Shown piece after piece: positions 39,382 to 50,360 of a DNA stretch of 64,000 nt. The notes beneath the pieces are model-generated. The model saw nothing but the letters and a program-made list of their open reading frames with translations, did no database searches and was not told where the DNA came from. This stretch comes from Gammaproteobacteria bacterium (GTDB lineage: Bacteria; Pseudomonadota; Gammaproteobacteria; JABABF01). Positions within the stretch are counted from its first letter, which is position 1. Every line of letters starts with the position of its first letter. The position numbers and the translations under genes are program-made. The DNA is taken from positions 352,001 to 416,000 of the forward strand of contig OZ250153.1 of NCBI GenBank assembly GCA_965237805.1. Reading direction: 5' to 3'.

Positions 39382-41846
39382 ACCACCCCCATCTGCTTGA
39401 GGTGCTCATCGACCTTGGCGCCGAGCTTCTCCACGTCGTCGGCCAGCTTCGGCAACGGCGTGGCGTAACGCTCCGCCAACTCACGGATACGGCCAGTGAG
39501 CGTCTGCGAAACACGATCCAGCGCGCCCTGCACGGCGGCCAACAGACGAGCCATCCACTTATCATCCACTACCAGCGTCTTGATCTCGGCTGTGGTGAGC
39601 TTGGGGTACTTGGCGTCAATTTTCTGATCCAATTCTTTTTGCGCGGCCTTTTGCTTGGCCTTGGCCTTGGTCCGCTGCTTCAGCAAGTCGGCGTATACCT
39701 CAAGCACCGCCCGCTCATCTGCATAGAGGGGGTTCTCGCCGATCTCTTTCAGCCGAGCCTTCACGGATTTTTCGGTGATCTTCTGCTTGTCGCCTTTGCC
39801 CTCGATCACCTCGGCAAGCAACCCTTCCTCGCCGCTGTTCTCCTCTCGCAACTCGGCGAGTTGTTGCTCAAGCGTGACGAGCTCGCTGTCGAGTGCATCC
39901 TTCGCATCACGCTCGGCGACGAAGTACCGGGCGACCAGAATCGACGCAGGGACAAGATCTGACTTGAAGCGCCGCCTCCCTTTCAAGTAGTCATGCGACT
40001 CTGGCCAAACCAGCTTGTTGTTCTTGTCTTTGACCTGCACAATCTCCCGTGGCTGTGCGCTCTCTACCCAACCATCAGCAGCGATCAGATGGGTATCGTC
40101 CTGCATGGTCTCGGCCCAGTAGTCCAGCAGGTGCTGGTAAATATCGTAGGCATCGAGTAATGATGCCGTACGGAATTTAGCCAGCAGTTCCTCCGCAATG
40201 GCCTCAATCAGATCCTTGGGGTGGCCACCTTTCCGCAAGCCTGTGAGGTGTGGTATGGCAGCCCTGCACCACTTGGCAAAACGCCTTGAGATTGCTTTCT
40301 GCAAAGCAGTGAACTCGGTGTGGCCAAGAATAGCTGGCTTTAGCTCGGTCAGTGGCAGCTTCAGGCGAGTGTAGCCGAGGCGACCCGCAGATTCGAATAA
40401 GGCGGTGCGCAGGCTGGGGAGCACTTGCCAGTACGCGTCGAGCGCATCCAGATCACGCTCCGGGATACCACCGCGCAGATGACCGTCGATGTCTTGCAGG
40501 TCTTCGGGATCGGTGCTGTCGATGTAGCGTGGCAGGTTGAGATTGAAGTCGTTCTTCGCATCAGCAATCTCGTCCAGCAACACCATGCGGGCATAGCGTA
40601 GCACCTCAATCTGCTTGGTAAAGACATCGACGATTTTGTGGATATCCTGCTCGCGCAGACGGTTCTTGGCACCGTCCTTGATAAAGCCCTTGGAGGCATC
40701 AATTATGAAGACGCCCTTGCGGGCTTTGGCGTTCTCTTTGTCCAGCACCACGATACAGGCCGGGATGCTGGTGCCGTAGAAGAGATTGGCGGGCAGGCCG
40801 ATGATGCCCTTGAGGCAGCCGGAGCGGATCAGCTGCTCGCGGATCGTCGCCTCGGCATTGCCGCGAAAAAGTACGCCGTGGGGCAGGATACAGGCAGCTT
40901 TTCCAGCGCTCTTCATGGAGCGAATGATATGCAGCAGGTAAGCGTAGTCGCCTTGCTTGGCGGGCGGCTCCCCCCAAGCGAAGCGCTGGAAGGGGTCTGT
41001 CGAGGGAGTGAGTCCGGTACTCCAGCTCTTGTCGGAGAACGGTGGATTGGCAACGACATAGTCGTAGCAGCGCAGCCGCTCACCGTCCTTGAACTTGGGC
41101 TCGGCCAAGGTGTTGCCGGAGAGAATGTTGGCTGTAGGGAAATCGTGCAGGATCATGTTCATGCGCGCCAAGCCTGCGGTGCTCACATCCTTCTCTTGCC
41201 CTTCGAGCGTAATCCGCTTGCCCGCCTGAGTGGCAACCTTCAGCAGCAGTGACCCAGAACCGCAGGTGGGGTCGTAGGCGGTGGTGGATGCTTTGCTGTT
41301 TTTTGGCGAGATACCAATCACCTTGGCAATAACGCGGCTAACCTCTGCAGGGGTGTAAAACTGTCCTTTGCTCTTGCCGCTCTCAGTGGCGAAGTGACGC
41401 ATCAGGTACTCGTAGGCATCGCCGAGGATGTCATCGTGGTCGGCGCGGTTCTGCGAGAAGTCGAGCTCGGGTTTTTGGAAGATGCCAATGAGGTTACTCA
41501 GGCGCTCCACCATCGCCTGATCTGCACCGAGCTTGTTGGGGTCATTAAAGTCAGGGAAATCGCTGCGCGCTAGGCTATCGTTGTCGGCAATCAGCGGGGC
41601 AATGATCTGAGTGTTGATCTTGCAGCCGATGTCGCTCTTGCCCTTGAGCGCAATCATGTCCGTGAAACTCGCGCCCTCGGGGATTACGACTGGCGGAGCA
41701 TAGTCATTACTGTATTTATCGCTGATGTATTTGATGAACAGCATGAACAGGACATAGTCCTTGTACTGACTGGCATCCATACCGCCGCGCAGTTCATCGC
41801 ACGAGGCCCAGAGGGAGGAATAGAGATCAGATTTCTTTAGCGCCAT
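39372..41846 (-). CDS. hsdM: Type I restriction-modification methyltransferase subunit M
   Basis: 'LW.SCDELRGGMD', 'GQFYTP', 'YDPTCGSGSLL', 'VANPPF', 'PHGVLFRG'. Confidence 0.95.
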   Translation of the reverse strand: MALKKSDLYSSLWASCDELRGGMDASQYKDYVLFMLFIKYISDKYSNDYAPPVVIPEGASFTDMIALKGKSDIGCKINTQIIAPLIADNDSLARSDFPDFNDPNKLGADQAMVERLSNLIGIFQKPELDFSQNRADHDDILGDAYEYLMRHFATESGKSKGQFYTPAEVSRVIAKVIGISPKNSKASTTAYDPTCGSGSLLLKVATQAGKRITLEGQEKDVSTAGLARMNMILHDFPTANILSGNTLAEPKFKDGERLRCYDYVVANPPFSDKSWSTGLTPSTDPFQRFAWGEPPAKQGDYAYLLHIIRSMKSAGKAACILPHGVLFRGNAEATIREQLIRSGCLKGIIGLPANLFYGTSIPACIVVLDKENAKARKGVFIIDASKGFIKDGAKNRLREQDIHKIVDVFTKQIEVLRYARMVLLDEIADAKNDFNLNLPRYIDSTDPEDLQDIDGHLRGGIPERDLDALDAYWQVLPSLRTALFESAGRLGYTRLKLPLTELKPAILGHTEFTALQKAISRRFAKWCRAAIPHLTGLRKGGHPKDLIEAIAEELLAKFRTASLLDAYDIYQHLLDYWAETMQDDTHLIAADGWVESAQPREIVQVKDKNNKLVWPESHDYLKGRRRFKSDLVPASILVARYFVAERDAKDALDSELVTLEQQLAELREENSGEEGLLAEVIEGKGDKQKITEKSVKARLKEIGENPLYADERAVLEVYADLLKQRTKAKAKQKAAQKELDQKIDAKYPKLTTAEIKTLVVDDKWMARLLAAVQGALDRVSQTLTGRIRELAERYATPLPKLADDVEKLGAKVDEHLKQMGVVWK

Positions 41847-41906
41847 GGGTTTATGCTAGCTGCTGATTGCCACGTCGTTTTTCTGCTACTGCATTACCAT
41901 ACATTA

Positions 41907-42659
41907 TCAATCACCGTTCACTAAGCGACGAGCATTGTCAGCAATGCTCGCACATAGATCGTGAAATGGGATGTCTAAGAGTGTGGACATGTGTGAAACA
42001 ACAGCAGAAACATCGCCTGCACCAACAGGATGCCCATCGATTTTCAAGAAAGGTGCATCTGTCTCTGTAAGGAGTCTATTAATGGGTGCTCGATTCACCA
42101 GTAATTTCCCATTCGTAGAATCTATCAATTTCTGGTTAATTGAGAAGTAGCATCCTAGATTAATCGCTCTGTCCAGCTCCGTTTTCCCCGCAGAAAACCA
42201 ATGCAGGACCACATCGCATGACTTGGCAACGGAATGCTTTTCAATCGCATCAAGCACATGACGAGCACATCGCACACTATGCACACTAAGGACTTTCCCG
42301 CCTTCTCTAGCGCAAACATACAAAGCTCTATCGAAAAATTGTTTTTGCCTATCAAATGACGGATAGTGGCATTTACCAGCATCTAATCCGATTTCACCGA
42401 TAAATCGAGCTCTAAGAGCGAGATGTTCAAACAATTCAATTTCGTGACCATACTCTGCAACCAGTTGGGGATGCAACCCTAATGCGGCATGTACATGTTG
42501 CGTACTAGTGGCACACTCTAGATTCTGTAGGTAAACTCCAGGGGTTGTAGTCACTGACAACGTGGTACAACCGATCGCATCACAACGCTCATAGGCAGCA
42601 TATACATCAGGCATGAGGTCGAGATGACAGTGAAAATCGACAGGGCTCCGGATGTTCAT
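41907..42659 (-). CDS. qatD: Qat anti-phage system TatD-family nuclease
   Basis: 'DFHCHLDL', 'GLHP', 'GEIGLD', 'HWFS', 'LTETDAP'; last gene of the qat operon. Confidence 0.9.
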   Translation of the reverse strand: MNIRSPVDFHCHLDLMPDVYAAYERCDAIGCTTLSVTTTPGVYLQNLECATSTQHVHAALGLHPQLVAEYGHEIELFEHLALRARFIGEIGLDAGKCHYPSFDRQKQFFDRALYVCAREGGKVLSVHSVRCARHVLDAIEKHSVAKSCDVVLHWFSAGKTELDRAINLGCYFSINQKLIDSTNGKLLVNRAPINRLLTETDAPFLKIDGHPVGAGDVSAVVSHMSTLLDIPFHDLCASIADNARRLVNGD

Positions 42660-44026
42660 ATTATACGGGGTTTTAGCCGCACACCTTGGAGAAAGTTTGT
42701 CATTTCCGACATGCCCCGTGTATATAAATCGGCATACTCACCAACCAAAGATGCAGGGATCTTTCCTGGAATTTTGACCAAGAATCTTGCTTTCCTCGGA
42801 TCTGTGTTGAGTGTCTCGGCGGCGTACAAGAATGACCAAATATCTTTACCTTCAGCTTTAGTAGAAATTAGAGGGCGAGCATGAAGGTCGTCGAGCCAAT
42901 ATTTGGTTTTATCGTCAACTGGAAGACCAGCTGACAACGCTGCACGTCGAATCAGGCAAGGCACACAATAACCACAATGTTGTGGCCTCTCTCCCTTGCG
43001 TCTAATTTTTTCTGGAGCAGAGCAGGACATAGAACGGCAGGCTATTTTAGAAAGAAATTGGATATTTTGACACTCTCTCACCATCTCTCCTTTTGTCTTA
43101 AAGCAGTACGGATTTTCAAAGGTAATTTTCTGATCAAAAATAGATGTGAGCTCTGTCATACAGTCAAGAAAGAAAGGATGGGTAGTTCGCGTGCTAAGCG
43201 CACCTAAACGCAAAGGATCCAAAGGCACATTCAATGCGATCAAGCCATTCTCAGGAACGATTACTTTATTTAATGTTGGGAGTGCATTTGCTGCCAACGC
43301 AGCCATAGCATAGAACAAAAAACTTCGAGAACGTTGCGTCGGCTCAACGCCTTCGGTGCACAAACTCTGCTTATCAAATCCGATGCGAGAACGAATCGAA
43401 ATAAATGCTTCTTTACCATAATGCTGCTCCATTGATTGAAGCACACGCTGCTGTGCTGCAGATGCTGCCCCACTCCAGTAATGACTTATCAATATTGGAG
43501 TCTTGTATCTAGACAATAAATCTATAGCGCCAATCAGACTATCCAGCCCCCCTGAAAACAATGCCACTGCATCGGGAGATGACGGTGCCAAGCTTGCTGG
43601 TATACGCGCCAACAATCTACAAGAGTCCGGACGGGATCGAAAACAGAAAGTCCATGAATCACCCGTCAAAAATTTCAGCATCATAGAGAGATGCGTGCCC
43701 ATGCCACTCCAAGCAGATGGATCACTAACTGGAATATATAGTTTAATCTGACGAGTCCATCGATCCTCAGAATAAATTTTTCGCAATACACGAGTATCAG
43801 CCGCCCAAACTGTTGCGGCAATGATCAATAGATCAATAGACTTTTCACATGGATTTAGATCCCAACAGCATAACTTATCCAATAGACCAGAAAGGCCACA
43901 TTTCAGTTTAGATGTATTGTTGGAATCCACAAAATCAACTTGCAGAACACCTTCCAAATGAGACAAGGAAGATCTTCCAAGATAATCGTTTTTCCCCAAT
44001 TTTGCTATTAATTTCACATCCATCAT
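42656..44026 (-). CDS. qatC: Qat anti-phage system QueC-like protein
   Basis: 'AADT......W.R', 'LFSGGLDS', 'E..QRSRSFLF', 'PENG.I.LN.PL...R.G..STRTTHP', 'KTKGEM', 'CG.C.PC.IRRA'. Confidence 0.92.
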   Translation of the reverse strand: MMDVKLIAKLGKNDYLGRSSLSHLEGVLQVDFVDSNNTSKLKCGLSGLLDKLCCWDLNPCEKSIDLLIIAATVWAADTRVLRKIYSEDRWTRQIKLYIPVSDPSAWSGMGTHLSMMLKFLTGDSWTFCFRSRPDSCRLLARIPASLAPSSPDAVALFSGGLDSLIGAIDLLSRYKTPILISHYWSGAASAAQQRVLQSMEQHYGKEAFISIRSRIGFDKQSLCTEGVEPTQRSRSFLFYAMAALAANALPTLNKVIVPENGLIALNVPLDPLRLGALSTRTTHPFFLDCMTELTSIFDQKITFENPYCFKTKGEMVRECQNIQFLSKIACRSMSCSAPEKIRRKGERPQHCGYCVPCLIRRAALSAGLPVDDKTKYWLDDLHARPLISTKAEGKDIWSFLYAAETLNTDPRKARFLVKIPGKIPASLVGEYADLYTRGMSEMTNFLQGVRLKPRII

Positions 44027-44727
44027 CGGGCCTTTAGGCAAGCATCGAGAATCGTAAACGAATTGGCGAACACTCTAATCATTAGCGAATGTATTCTTCC
44101 TGGTATTAAATTCGGAGCCCATAATCGTTCAGATCTAATAGCATCACGAACAGAACGTAATGTGTAATCATGCAATGTTGCTTCAGCTTTTTGAAAATGT
44201 TCATTGCTCAAAGAACGATGGAGACTTTTTGTGGCAATTTCATTAATAACCTTTAATATAATGCATTGTGCTATAACATCAGCCACAAATTCTTCAAGCT
44301 GATCGGCATCAAGGTCTTCGAAATTAATGATATTGTCCGAATCAAACTTAGCAGCGGCCATCAACATGGCCGCGCGCGAAACTGGTGCATCAATGAAGCC
44401 GCTGCCAGGGCACAGCATATCTGTGAGCTCATCGAGAACTTCGGCTACGGGTCGACCGACCATTCCCTCTAATTGAAATATCTGTAATGCTTCCGTCGGA
44501 CCAGTTATGACAAACTGGTTCGCAAAGTGAACGAGGGAGGAAGCTAGTTGTGTAGATCCGGGCATGCGCCGAGCTGCTCCCGCACCGCCACCTGCACCCT
44601 CAAGATAGTCAGATATAGCATGCGAGAGATGTGAGAGCTGGGTCGCACCGCCATGAATAAATTTGGTGAAGTTTCTCCGAGCATTAGTAAATTCAGGCGA
44701 CCCGGAGCTGGTGCTAGATGTTCCCAT
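44023..44727 (-). CDS. qatB: Qat anti-phage system protein QatB
   Basis: 'MGTS' N-terminus, 'F..AR.NFTKF', 'GG..GAARRM', 'L...LCP..G..D....R.A'; between qatA and qatC. Confidence 0.85.
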   Translation of the reverse strand: MGTSSTSSGSPEFTNARRNFTKFIHGGATQLSHLSHAISDYLEGAGGGAGAARRMPGSTQLASSLVHFANQFVITGPTEALQIFQLEGMVGRPVAEVLDELTDMLCPGSGFIDAPVSRAAMLMAAAKFDSDNIINFEDLDADQLEEFVADVIAQCIILKVINEIATKSLHRSLSNEHFQKAEATLHDYTLRSVRDAIRSERLWAPNLIPGRIHSLMIRVFANSFTILDACLKAR

Positions 44728-44732
44728 TGATG

Positions 44733-46673
44733 CTATTCCGGCCTTTGCTTAATAGCAAGTATGGCGGCCATCTGAAGCGGCGTATTGGTATCTTGGTCAG
44801 CCCAATCATGAATGAGCCTGTCGAGATTGTTCTTCGGTTTTGTTTCAGTAATAGAATCATCCCAACCAATAACAGCCCAAGGACCTATTTTATCAGTTGG
44901 GAGTTCTGACAACATGGAGACAGTTCGGCTCTGAAGTGATGGATACACCTTACATAATTCGGCTAGACCGTCAATGCCACTAGGTTGCCTCTTGAAGTCG
45001 GGAGCTGACTGTATTGTTCGCACAACCGCGTTGAACACCTGCTCTATAACGGAATCAGGCTGTTTGCATATTTCCTTGGAAACAAATTTGGCACCCATTT
45101 TTGATCCACATAGCTTCTCAACCCATTCTTGAATCAACGACAATGTCGATGTCGCGGTAAACACAGATTTTCGATCACGAGAAATAAACAGATAGGGACG
45201 AATATCTTGAGAGCTAAGGGGTGGATCCAGTCTTGCCCAACGATTGGCCCATTCGTTTTTCTTCCATTCATCCTGGCTACTATCCTCTGTCTGATTAAGT
45301 TTTATAGCTTTTGTCCATCTATCTCCTTTACTCTTTTTTCCGGCACCTTTAACCATGTGATTGCCAGTGGGATGCGCATGTGTTTCCAGCATCTGTATTG
45401 TTGGCGATTTTCCGGTTGCAGTGGCTTCTCGCTCTACTTGCTCAAAAAATCGTGGCTCAAAGCGTTCGGCGAGCATGAGTTTGGCGAGTACCGCTTTATT
45501 AATCGCTGATTCGATACCGCGTTGCGACGCGATAGTGAGACGAAGGTGCATCGTATTGAGAAAACGCTTAATCTGACGAGGATTGCCTCTGGCACCGTCC
45601 GTCAACAATGGAGCGATCTGGTCAGCGAGTTGTAGTGCAGATTCAACCTCTGGCGGTATTTCCCCAAATTTCTCAACCAAGAGTGAACGATCGAAGCCCT
45701 CTCCTACCCACGGTTCTCGCAAGACGTCACGAGCGATCTCGATCAAATTTCTAAAAACAGGGTGATCCTCACCCAAATGCAGACTGGCATTAAGTAGCGT
45801 TATGTAGGTGCGAGTTTCCACGTACCCCAACGGGGGTAGCCTGAACGGCACCTGTATTAGCTTTTCCAAATAGTTTCGTGCATACGACATAGCCCCACTG
45901 TCAGCTGGTAGGTTAGGAAAATGCTGCGTCACTGCATACTCAATCATTGTTTCATCGGCAGCAATGACGAATGCTGCACCTGGCACAAATAGAAACAACC
46001 GAATGGCTTCGAGTGTCTCTAGTGCTGTCGATGGCAAGCAGCGGTCAAGGTCATCAACTACAACAACTAGCCACTTAATGTTCGCTGCTTCGAGGAGATC
46101 TCTGAACTCATCTCTAAAAGCGTGGATATGCGTGGGGATAGTATCGGGAGTGTCAGCTTTGAGCATCGACCCAGCGTCGGAAACAAAGCCAGCAAGCGCA
46201 CCCATGCTAAGTGCCCCCTCCTGCCCGCAGAGCCCCTTTGCAGCCGCTAAAATATCCTTAGCCTGTTCGACTGTCCGCATCCCCGTCGTGGCTGTCACTG
46301 TCAAGCCTCCCAACTGCCGTGCCAACTTCATCCAGTCAACGCGCTTCAGAACTTTAGCTGCTTTTTCTTTAAGCCCATCCGTTTGTGGTCGATTCCGTAG
46401 TAATTCATCAACGATGGTTTCAATCAATACCGCTTTAGTGTCTTCAAACCCTTGAAAGAGCCAACCATTAAAGCGGATACAGAGCGTATCATCTTCACCA
46501 GCAAATGCTTGCTCCAGCATCATTAGAATGCTTGATTTACCGGCACCCCAATCACCGTGAACCCCGACAGTTAGTGGCTTATCGCCAGACTGCTTGAGTA
46601 ACTCAACAATCGTCCCAGCAATAGCCTCGTAATAGAGCAGGTCGACAGCCGTCTCGTTGTCGGGGATAATCAT
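44733..46673 (-). CDS. qatA: Qat anti-phage system KAP-family P-loop NTPase
   Basis: 'DNET..DLL', 'GVHGDWGAGKSS', 'FNGW.F', 'VDDLDRC.P', 'YLEKLIQVPF', 'NPRQIKRFLN'. Confidence 0.92.
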   Translation of the reverse strand: MIIPDNETAVDLLYYEAIAGTIVELLKQSGDKPLTVGVHGDWGAGKSSILMMLEQAFAGEDDTLCIRFNGWLFQGFEDTKAVLIETIVDELLRNRPQTDGLKEKAAKVLKRVDWMKLARQLGGLTVTATTGMRTVEQAKDILAAAKGLCGQEGALSMGALAGFVSDAGSMLKADTPDTIPTHIHAFRDEFRDLLEAANIKWLVVVVDDLDRCLPSTALETLEAIRLFLFVPGAAFVIAADETMIEYAVTQHFPNLPADSGAMSYARNYLEKLIQVPFRLPPLGYVETRTYITLLNASLHLGEDHPVFRNLIEIARDVLREPWVGEGFDRSLLVEKFGEIPPEVESALQLADQIAPLLTDGARGNPRQIKRFLNTMHLRLTIASQRGIESAINKAVLAKLMLAERFEPRFFEQVEREATATGKSPTIQMLETHAHPTGNHMVKGAGKKSKGDRWTKAIKLNQTEDSSQDEWKKNEWANRWARLDPPLSSQDIRPYLFISRDRKSVFTATSTLSLIQEWVEKLCGSKMGAKFVSKEICKQPDSVIEQVFNAVVRTIQSAPDFKRQPSGIDGLAELCKVYPSLQSRTVSMLSELPTDKIGPWAVIGWDDSITETKPKNNLDRLIHDWADQDTNTPLQMAAILAIKQRPE

Positions 46674-46952
46674 TGACCGCATCTTACTCATGGCATCTTC
46701 CGATTTGGATGGCACAGGATACAAGCACACTAAGGAACGTCCGATTGATTATCCGCTCAGAAAAATGATAGGTCAATAGTCTCTTCTGCATCTACAACAC
46801 GAGGTGAAACCTTCAGCCTCTGGCAGCTAGAGAATAGACAGAGTACCTTATTCAGGCTTCACTTGAAAACCATAGCCCCCATCCAACCCTGAATCGGCCA
46901 TAATATCCACTGCCACACCGCCCACCCGCACCACTGCCCCACCCTTTGCGCC

Positions 46953-48494
46953 ATGAGCACCAAATACCTCAACTTGCCCGCCGCCAAACTGGTCGAGCTC
47001 GCCTTGCAACGGGGCGAGGGACGGCTGTCGGATACCGGTGCTCTCGTCGTCGAGACCGGCAAGCGCACCGGGCGCTCGCCGCTCGACCGCTATATCGTCC
47101 AGGAACCCGCCACCGAAAATGATATCGATTGGGGCAAGATCAACCGTCCCTTCGAGCGCGAGCGCTTCGATGCGCTGTGGAACCGCCTGCAGAGCTATCT
47201 CGGGCAGCGCGACCATTTCTGTGCCGAATTGCACTGCGGAGCCAATCCCGACCACTGCGTTCCGATCGAGGTGAAATCGGAAACCGCCTGGCACTGCCTG
47301 TTCGCACACAATATGTTCGTGCACCCAACGCGTTTCAACCCCAACCGGCAAGCCGTGTGGCAGGTGATCAACGCCGCCCACTTCGAGTGCGAGCCAAAAC
47401 GCGATGGCACCCACAGCGATGGTGCCGTGATCATCGATTTTGTCGGCCATCGGGTCTTGCTGGCCGGGATGCGCTATGCCGGCGAGATGAAAAAAGCCAT
47501 GTTCTCGGTGCAGAACTACCTGTTGGTCGAGCGCAATGTGCTGCCGATGCACTGTGCCGCCAATGTCGATGAGCAGGATCGGGTCTCGCTGCTGTTCGGC
47601 CTGTCCGGCACTGGCAAAACCACGCTGTCGGCAGATCCGGAATGCTATCTGATCGGCGATGACGAGCACGGCTGGGCCGAGGGCTCGGTCTTCAATCTGG
47701 AAGGCGGTTGCTATGCCAAGTGCATCAATCTGGATCAAACCCGTGAACCGGTGATCTGGAAGGCGATCCGCTTTGGTGCCATCCTCGAGAATGTGGCGCT
47801 GGACGAAAACAGCTTGGCGGTCGATTACAACGACAGTGGTCGCACCGAAAACACGCGCTGCTGCTATCCCTTAGAGCATGTGGAAAGGCGTGTGCCCGGC
47901 GGCAGTGCCGACGAGCCAGAAGCCGTGATATTCCTCACCTGCGATGTCAGCGGTGTGCTGCCGCCGGTGTCGATGCTGTCGCGAGCAGCCGCCGCCTACC
48001 ATTTCCTCAGCGGCTACACCGCCAAGGTCGGCGGCACCGAGCTGGGAGTCAAGGGCATCCAATCGACTTTTTCCACCTGCTTTGGCGCTCCCTTCTTCCC
48101 GCGCCCGGCGGGTGTCTACGCCGAGCTGCTGATGCAGCGCATGCGCAAATTCGATAGCTCCGCCTATCTGGTCAACACCGGCTGGACCGGCGGCCCCGGC
48201 ACCCCTGGGGGCACCGGCCAGCGCTTCGATATTCCGGTGACGCGCGCCATCATCACCGCCATCCAAACCGGTGGCTTGAAAGATGTTGGACGACATCAGC
48301 TCAAGCAGTTGAATTTGGATATTCCCAAAGCCGTGCCCGGTGTCGACAGCAAAATATTGCAACCGCGCCAGACCTGGCAGGACGGCAAAGAATACGATCG
48401 CTATGCGAAGGATTTGATCGGGCGTTTTGCCGAAAATTTCAAGCGCTTTGATGTGCCGGACGACATCATCGCCGCTGGCCCCCAAGCTGCCTGA
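46953..48494 (+). CDS. pckA: Phosphoenolpyruvate carboxykinase (ATP)
   Basis: 'TGRSP.D', 'YAGEMKK', 'LPMHC.AN', '[11 protein letters not shown]', 'IGDDEHGW', 'EGGCYAK'. Confidence 0.96.
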   Translation: MSTKYLNLPAAKLVELALQRGEGRLSDTGALVVETGKRTGRSPLDRYIVQEPATENDIDWGKINRPFERERFDALWNRLQSYLGQRDHFCAELHCGANPDHCVPIEVKSETAWHCLFAHNMFVHPTRFNPNRQAVWQVINAAHFECEPKRDGTHSDGAVIIDFVGHRVLLAGMRYAGEMKKAMFSVQNYLLVERNVLPMHCAANVDEQDRVSLLFGLSGTGKTTLSADPECYLIGDDEHGWAEGSVFNLEGGCYAKCINLDQTREPVIWKAIRFGAILENVALDENSLAVDYNDSGRTENTRCCYPLEHVERRVPGGSADEPEAVIFLTCDVSGVLPPVSMLSRAAAAYHFLSGYTAKVGGTELGVKGIQSTFSTCFGAPFFPRPAGVYAELLMQRMRKFDSSAYLVNTGWTGGPGTPGGTGQRFDIPVTRAIITAIQTGGLKDVGRHQLKQLNLDIPKAVPGVDSKILQPRQTWQDGKEYDRYAKDLIGRFAENFKRFDVPDDIIAAGPQAA

Positions 48495-48504
48495 TGGCCT
48501 GAGC

Positions 48505-50349
48505 ATGCCCACCTATCGCTCCCATACCACGACACGCGGGCGCCACCAAGCGGGGGCTCGTGCGCTGTGGCGCGCCACCGGCATGGTCGATGAGGACTTC
48601 GACAAGCCGATTATCGCCATCGCCAATTCCTACACCCAATTCGTGCCCGGCCATGTGCATCTGCGCGATCTGGGCGAGCTGGTGGCCAGCGAAATCTCCC
48701 GCTGCGGCGGCGTGGGGCGGGAGTTTCACACCATCGCCGTCGACGACGGCATCGCCATGGGGCACGACGGCATGCTCTACAGCTTGCCCTCGCGCGAAAT
48801 CATCGCCGATTCGATCGAATATATGAGCAATGCGCACTGCGCCGATGCCTTGGTGTGTATCTCCAACTGCGACAAAATCACCCCCGGCATGTTGTTGGCC
48901 ACGCTGCGCTTGAATATCCCGACCATCTTTGTCTCTGGCGGCCCGATGGAAGCTGGCAAAACTCGCCTCGCCGACTCACGCCGACTCGATCTGATCGATG
49001 CCATGGTCATCGCTGCCGACCCCAATGCCAGCGACGAAGAAGCCGATGAGATCGAGCGCTCCGCCTGTCCGACTTGCGGCTCTTGCTCCGGCATGTTTAC
49101 CGCCAACTCGATGAATTGCCTGACCGAGGCGCTCGGGCTTGCGCTACCCGGAAACGGCAGTCTGCTGGCCACCCATGCCGACCGCCGTCAGCTCTTCCTC
49201 GAAGCTGGCCGACGCATCGTCGCGTTGACCAAGCGCTACTATGAGGACGGCGACGAAACGGCTCTGCCCCGCAACATCGCCTCATTTCAGGCCTTCGAAA
49301 ACGCCATTTCACTGGATATCGCCATGGGCGGATCGACCAACACCATCCTGCATCTGCTGGCCGCCGCCCGCGAGGGTGAAGTGCCCTTCTCCATCAACGA
49401 CATCGACCGCCTGTCCAAACAGGTGCCACATCTGTGCAAGGTGGCACCGAGCATCCCCGACTACCACATGGAAGATGTGCACCGGGCGGGGGGGGTCATG
49501 GCCATCCTGGGAGAATTGCAGCGCGCTGGCTTATTGCACGAGGAGTTGCCCACTGTGCACGAGCCGAGCATGGCGTCGGCACTGGCCAAATGGGACTTGC
49601 TGCAGACCGACAGCGAGGCGGTGCGCGAGTTCTACCGCGCCGGACCAGCCGGCATCAAGACGCAACAGGCATTCAGCCAGGACACCCGCTGGGATACGGT
49701 GGACACCGACCGCCAACAGGGCTGTATTCGCGACCCCGAGCACGCCTACAGCCAAGACGGTGGTCTCGCCATCTTGCGCGGCAATCTGGCTCTCGACAGC
49801 TGTGTGGTCAAAACCGCCGGGGTGGATGCCGATCTGCTGGTTTTCGAAGGTCCGGCACGCGTCACCGAGAGCCAAGACGCGGCGGTGGAACTGATCTTGG
49901 GTGGCACCCTGCAAGCCGGGGAAGTGCTGATCGTGCGCTACGAGGGGCCGCGCGGCGGCCCGGGAATGCAAGAAATGCTCTATCCCACCAGCTATCTGAA
50001 ATCGGTCGGCTTGGGTCGGGACTGCGCCTTGGTCACAGATGGTCGCTTCTCTGGCGGCAGCACCGGGCTGTGCCTCGGGCATGTCTCGCCCGAGGCTGCC
50101 AGCGGCGGCAATATCGCCCTCGTCGAAGACGGCGACCTGATCCGCATCGACATCCCTCAGCGGCGCTTGGAGCTGGTGTTGCCAGCAGAGCAGTTGGCCG
50201 AGCGCAGAGCGGCGATGGAGCGACGCGAGCGACCGTGGGAGCCGAGTGAAGCGCGGCCACGCCATGTGTCGACCGCTTTACGTGCCTATGCGGGCATGGC
50301 GACCAGCGCCGATCAGGGCGCGGTGAGAGAATTGGCGCAGACTGCCTAA
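48505..50349 (+). CDS. ilvD: Dihydroxy-acid dehydratase
   Basis: 'VPGHVHL', 'VDDGIAMGH', 'SNCDKITPG', '[18 protein letters not shown]', 'GGPGMQEM', 'TDGRFSG'. Confidence 0.97.
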   Translation: MPTYRSHTTTRGRHQAGARALWRATGMVDEDFDKPIIAIANSYTQFVPGHVHLRDLGELVASEISRCGGVGREFHTIAVDDGIAMGHDGMLYSLPSREIIADSIEYMSNAHCADALVCISNCDKITPGMLLATLRLNIPTIFVSGGPMEAGKTRLADSRRLDLIDAMVIAADPNASDEEADEIERSACPTCGSCSGMFTANSMNCLTEALGLALPGNGSLLATHADRRQLFLEAGRRIVALTKRYYEDGDETALPRNIASFQAFENAISLDIAMGGSTNTILHLLAAAREGEVPFSINDIDRLSKQVPHLCKVAPSIPDYHMEDVHRAGGVMAILGELQRAGLLHEELPTVHEPSMASALAKWDLLQTDSEAVREFYRAGPAGIKTQQAFSQDTRWDTVDTDRQQGCIRDPEHAYSQDGGLAILRGNLALDSCVVKTAGVDADLLVFEGPARVTESQDAAVELILGGTLQAGEVLIVRYEGPRGGPGMQEMLYPTSYLKSVGLGRDCALVTDGRFSGGSTGLCLGHVSPEAASGGNIALVEDGDLIRIDIPQRRLELVLPAEQLAERRAAMERRERPWEPSEARPRHVSTALRAYAGMATSADQGAVRELAQTA

Positions 50350-50360
50350 GCGCTGCGCTG

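Larger units (their letters stand above)
31398..46673. other. Anti-phage defence island (HNH-NTase pair, type I R-M with accessory genes, QatABCD)
   Basis: Cluster of defence genes between the SDR gene and pckA; HNH/NTase and Qat segments are visibly AT-rich versus the flanks. Confidence 0.85.
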
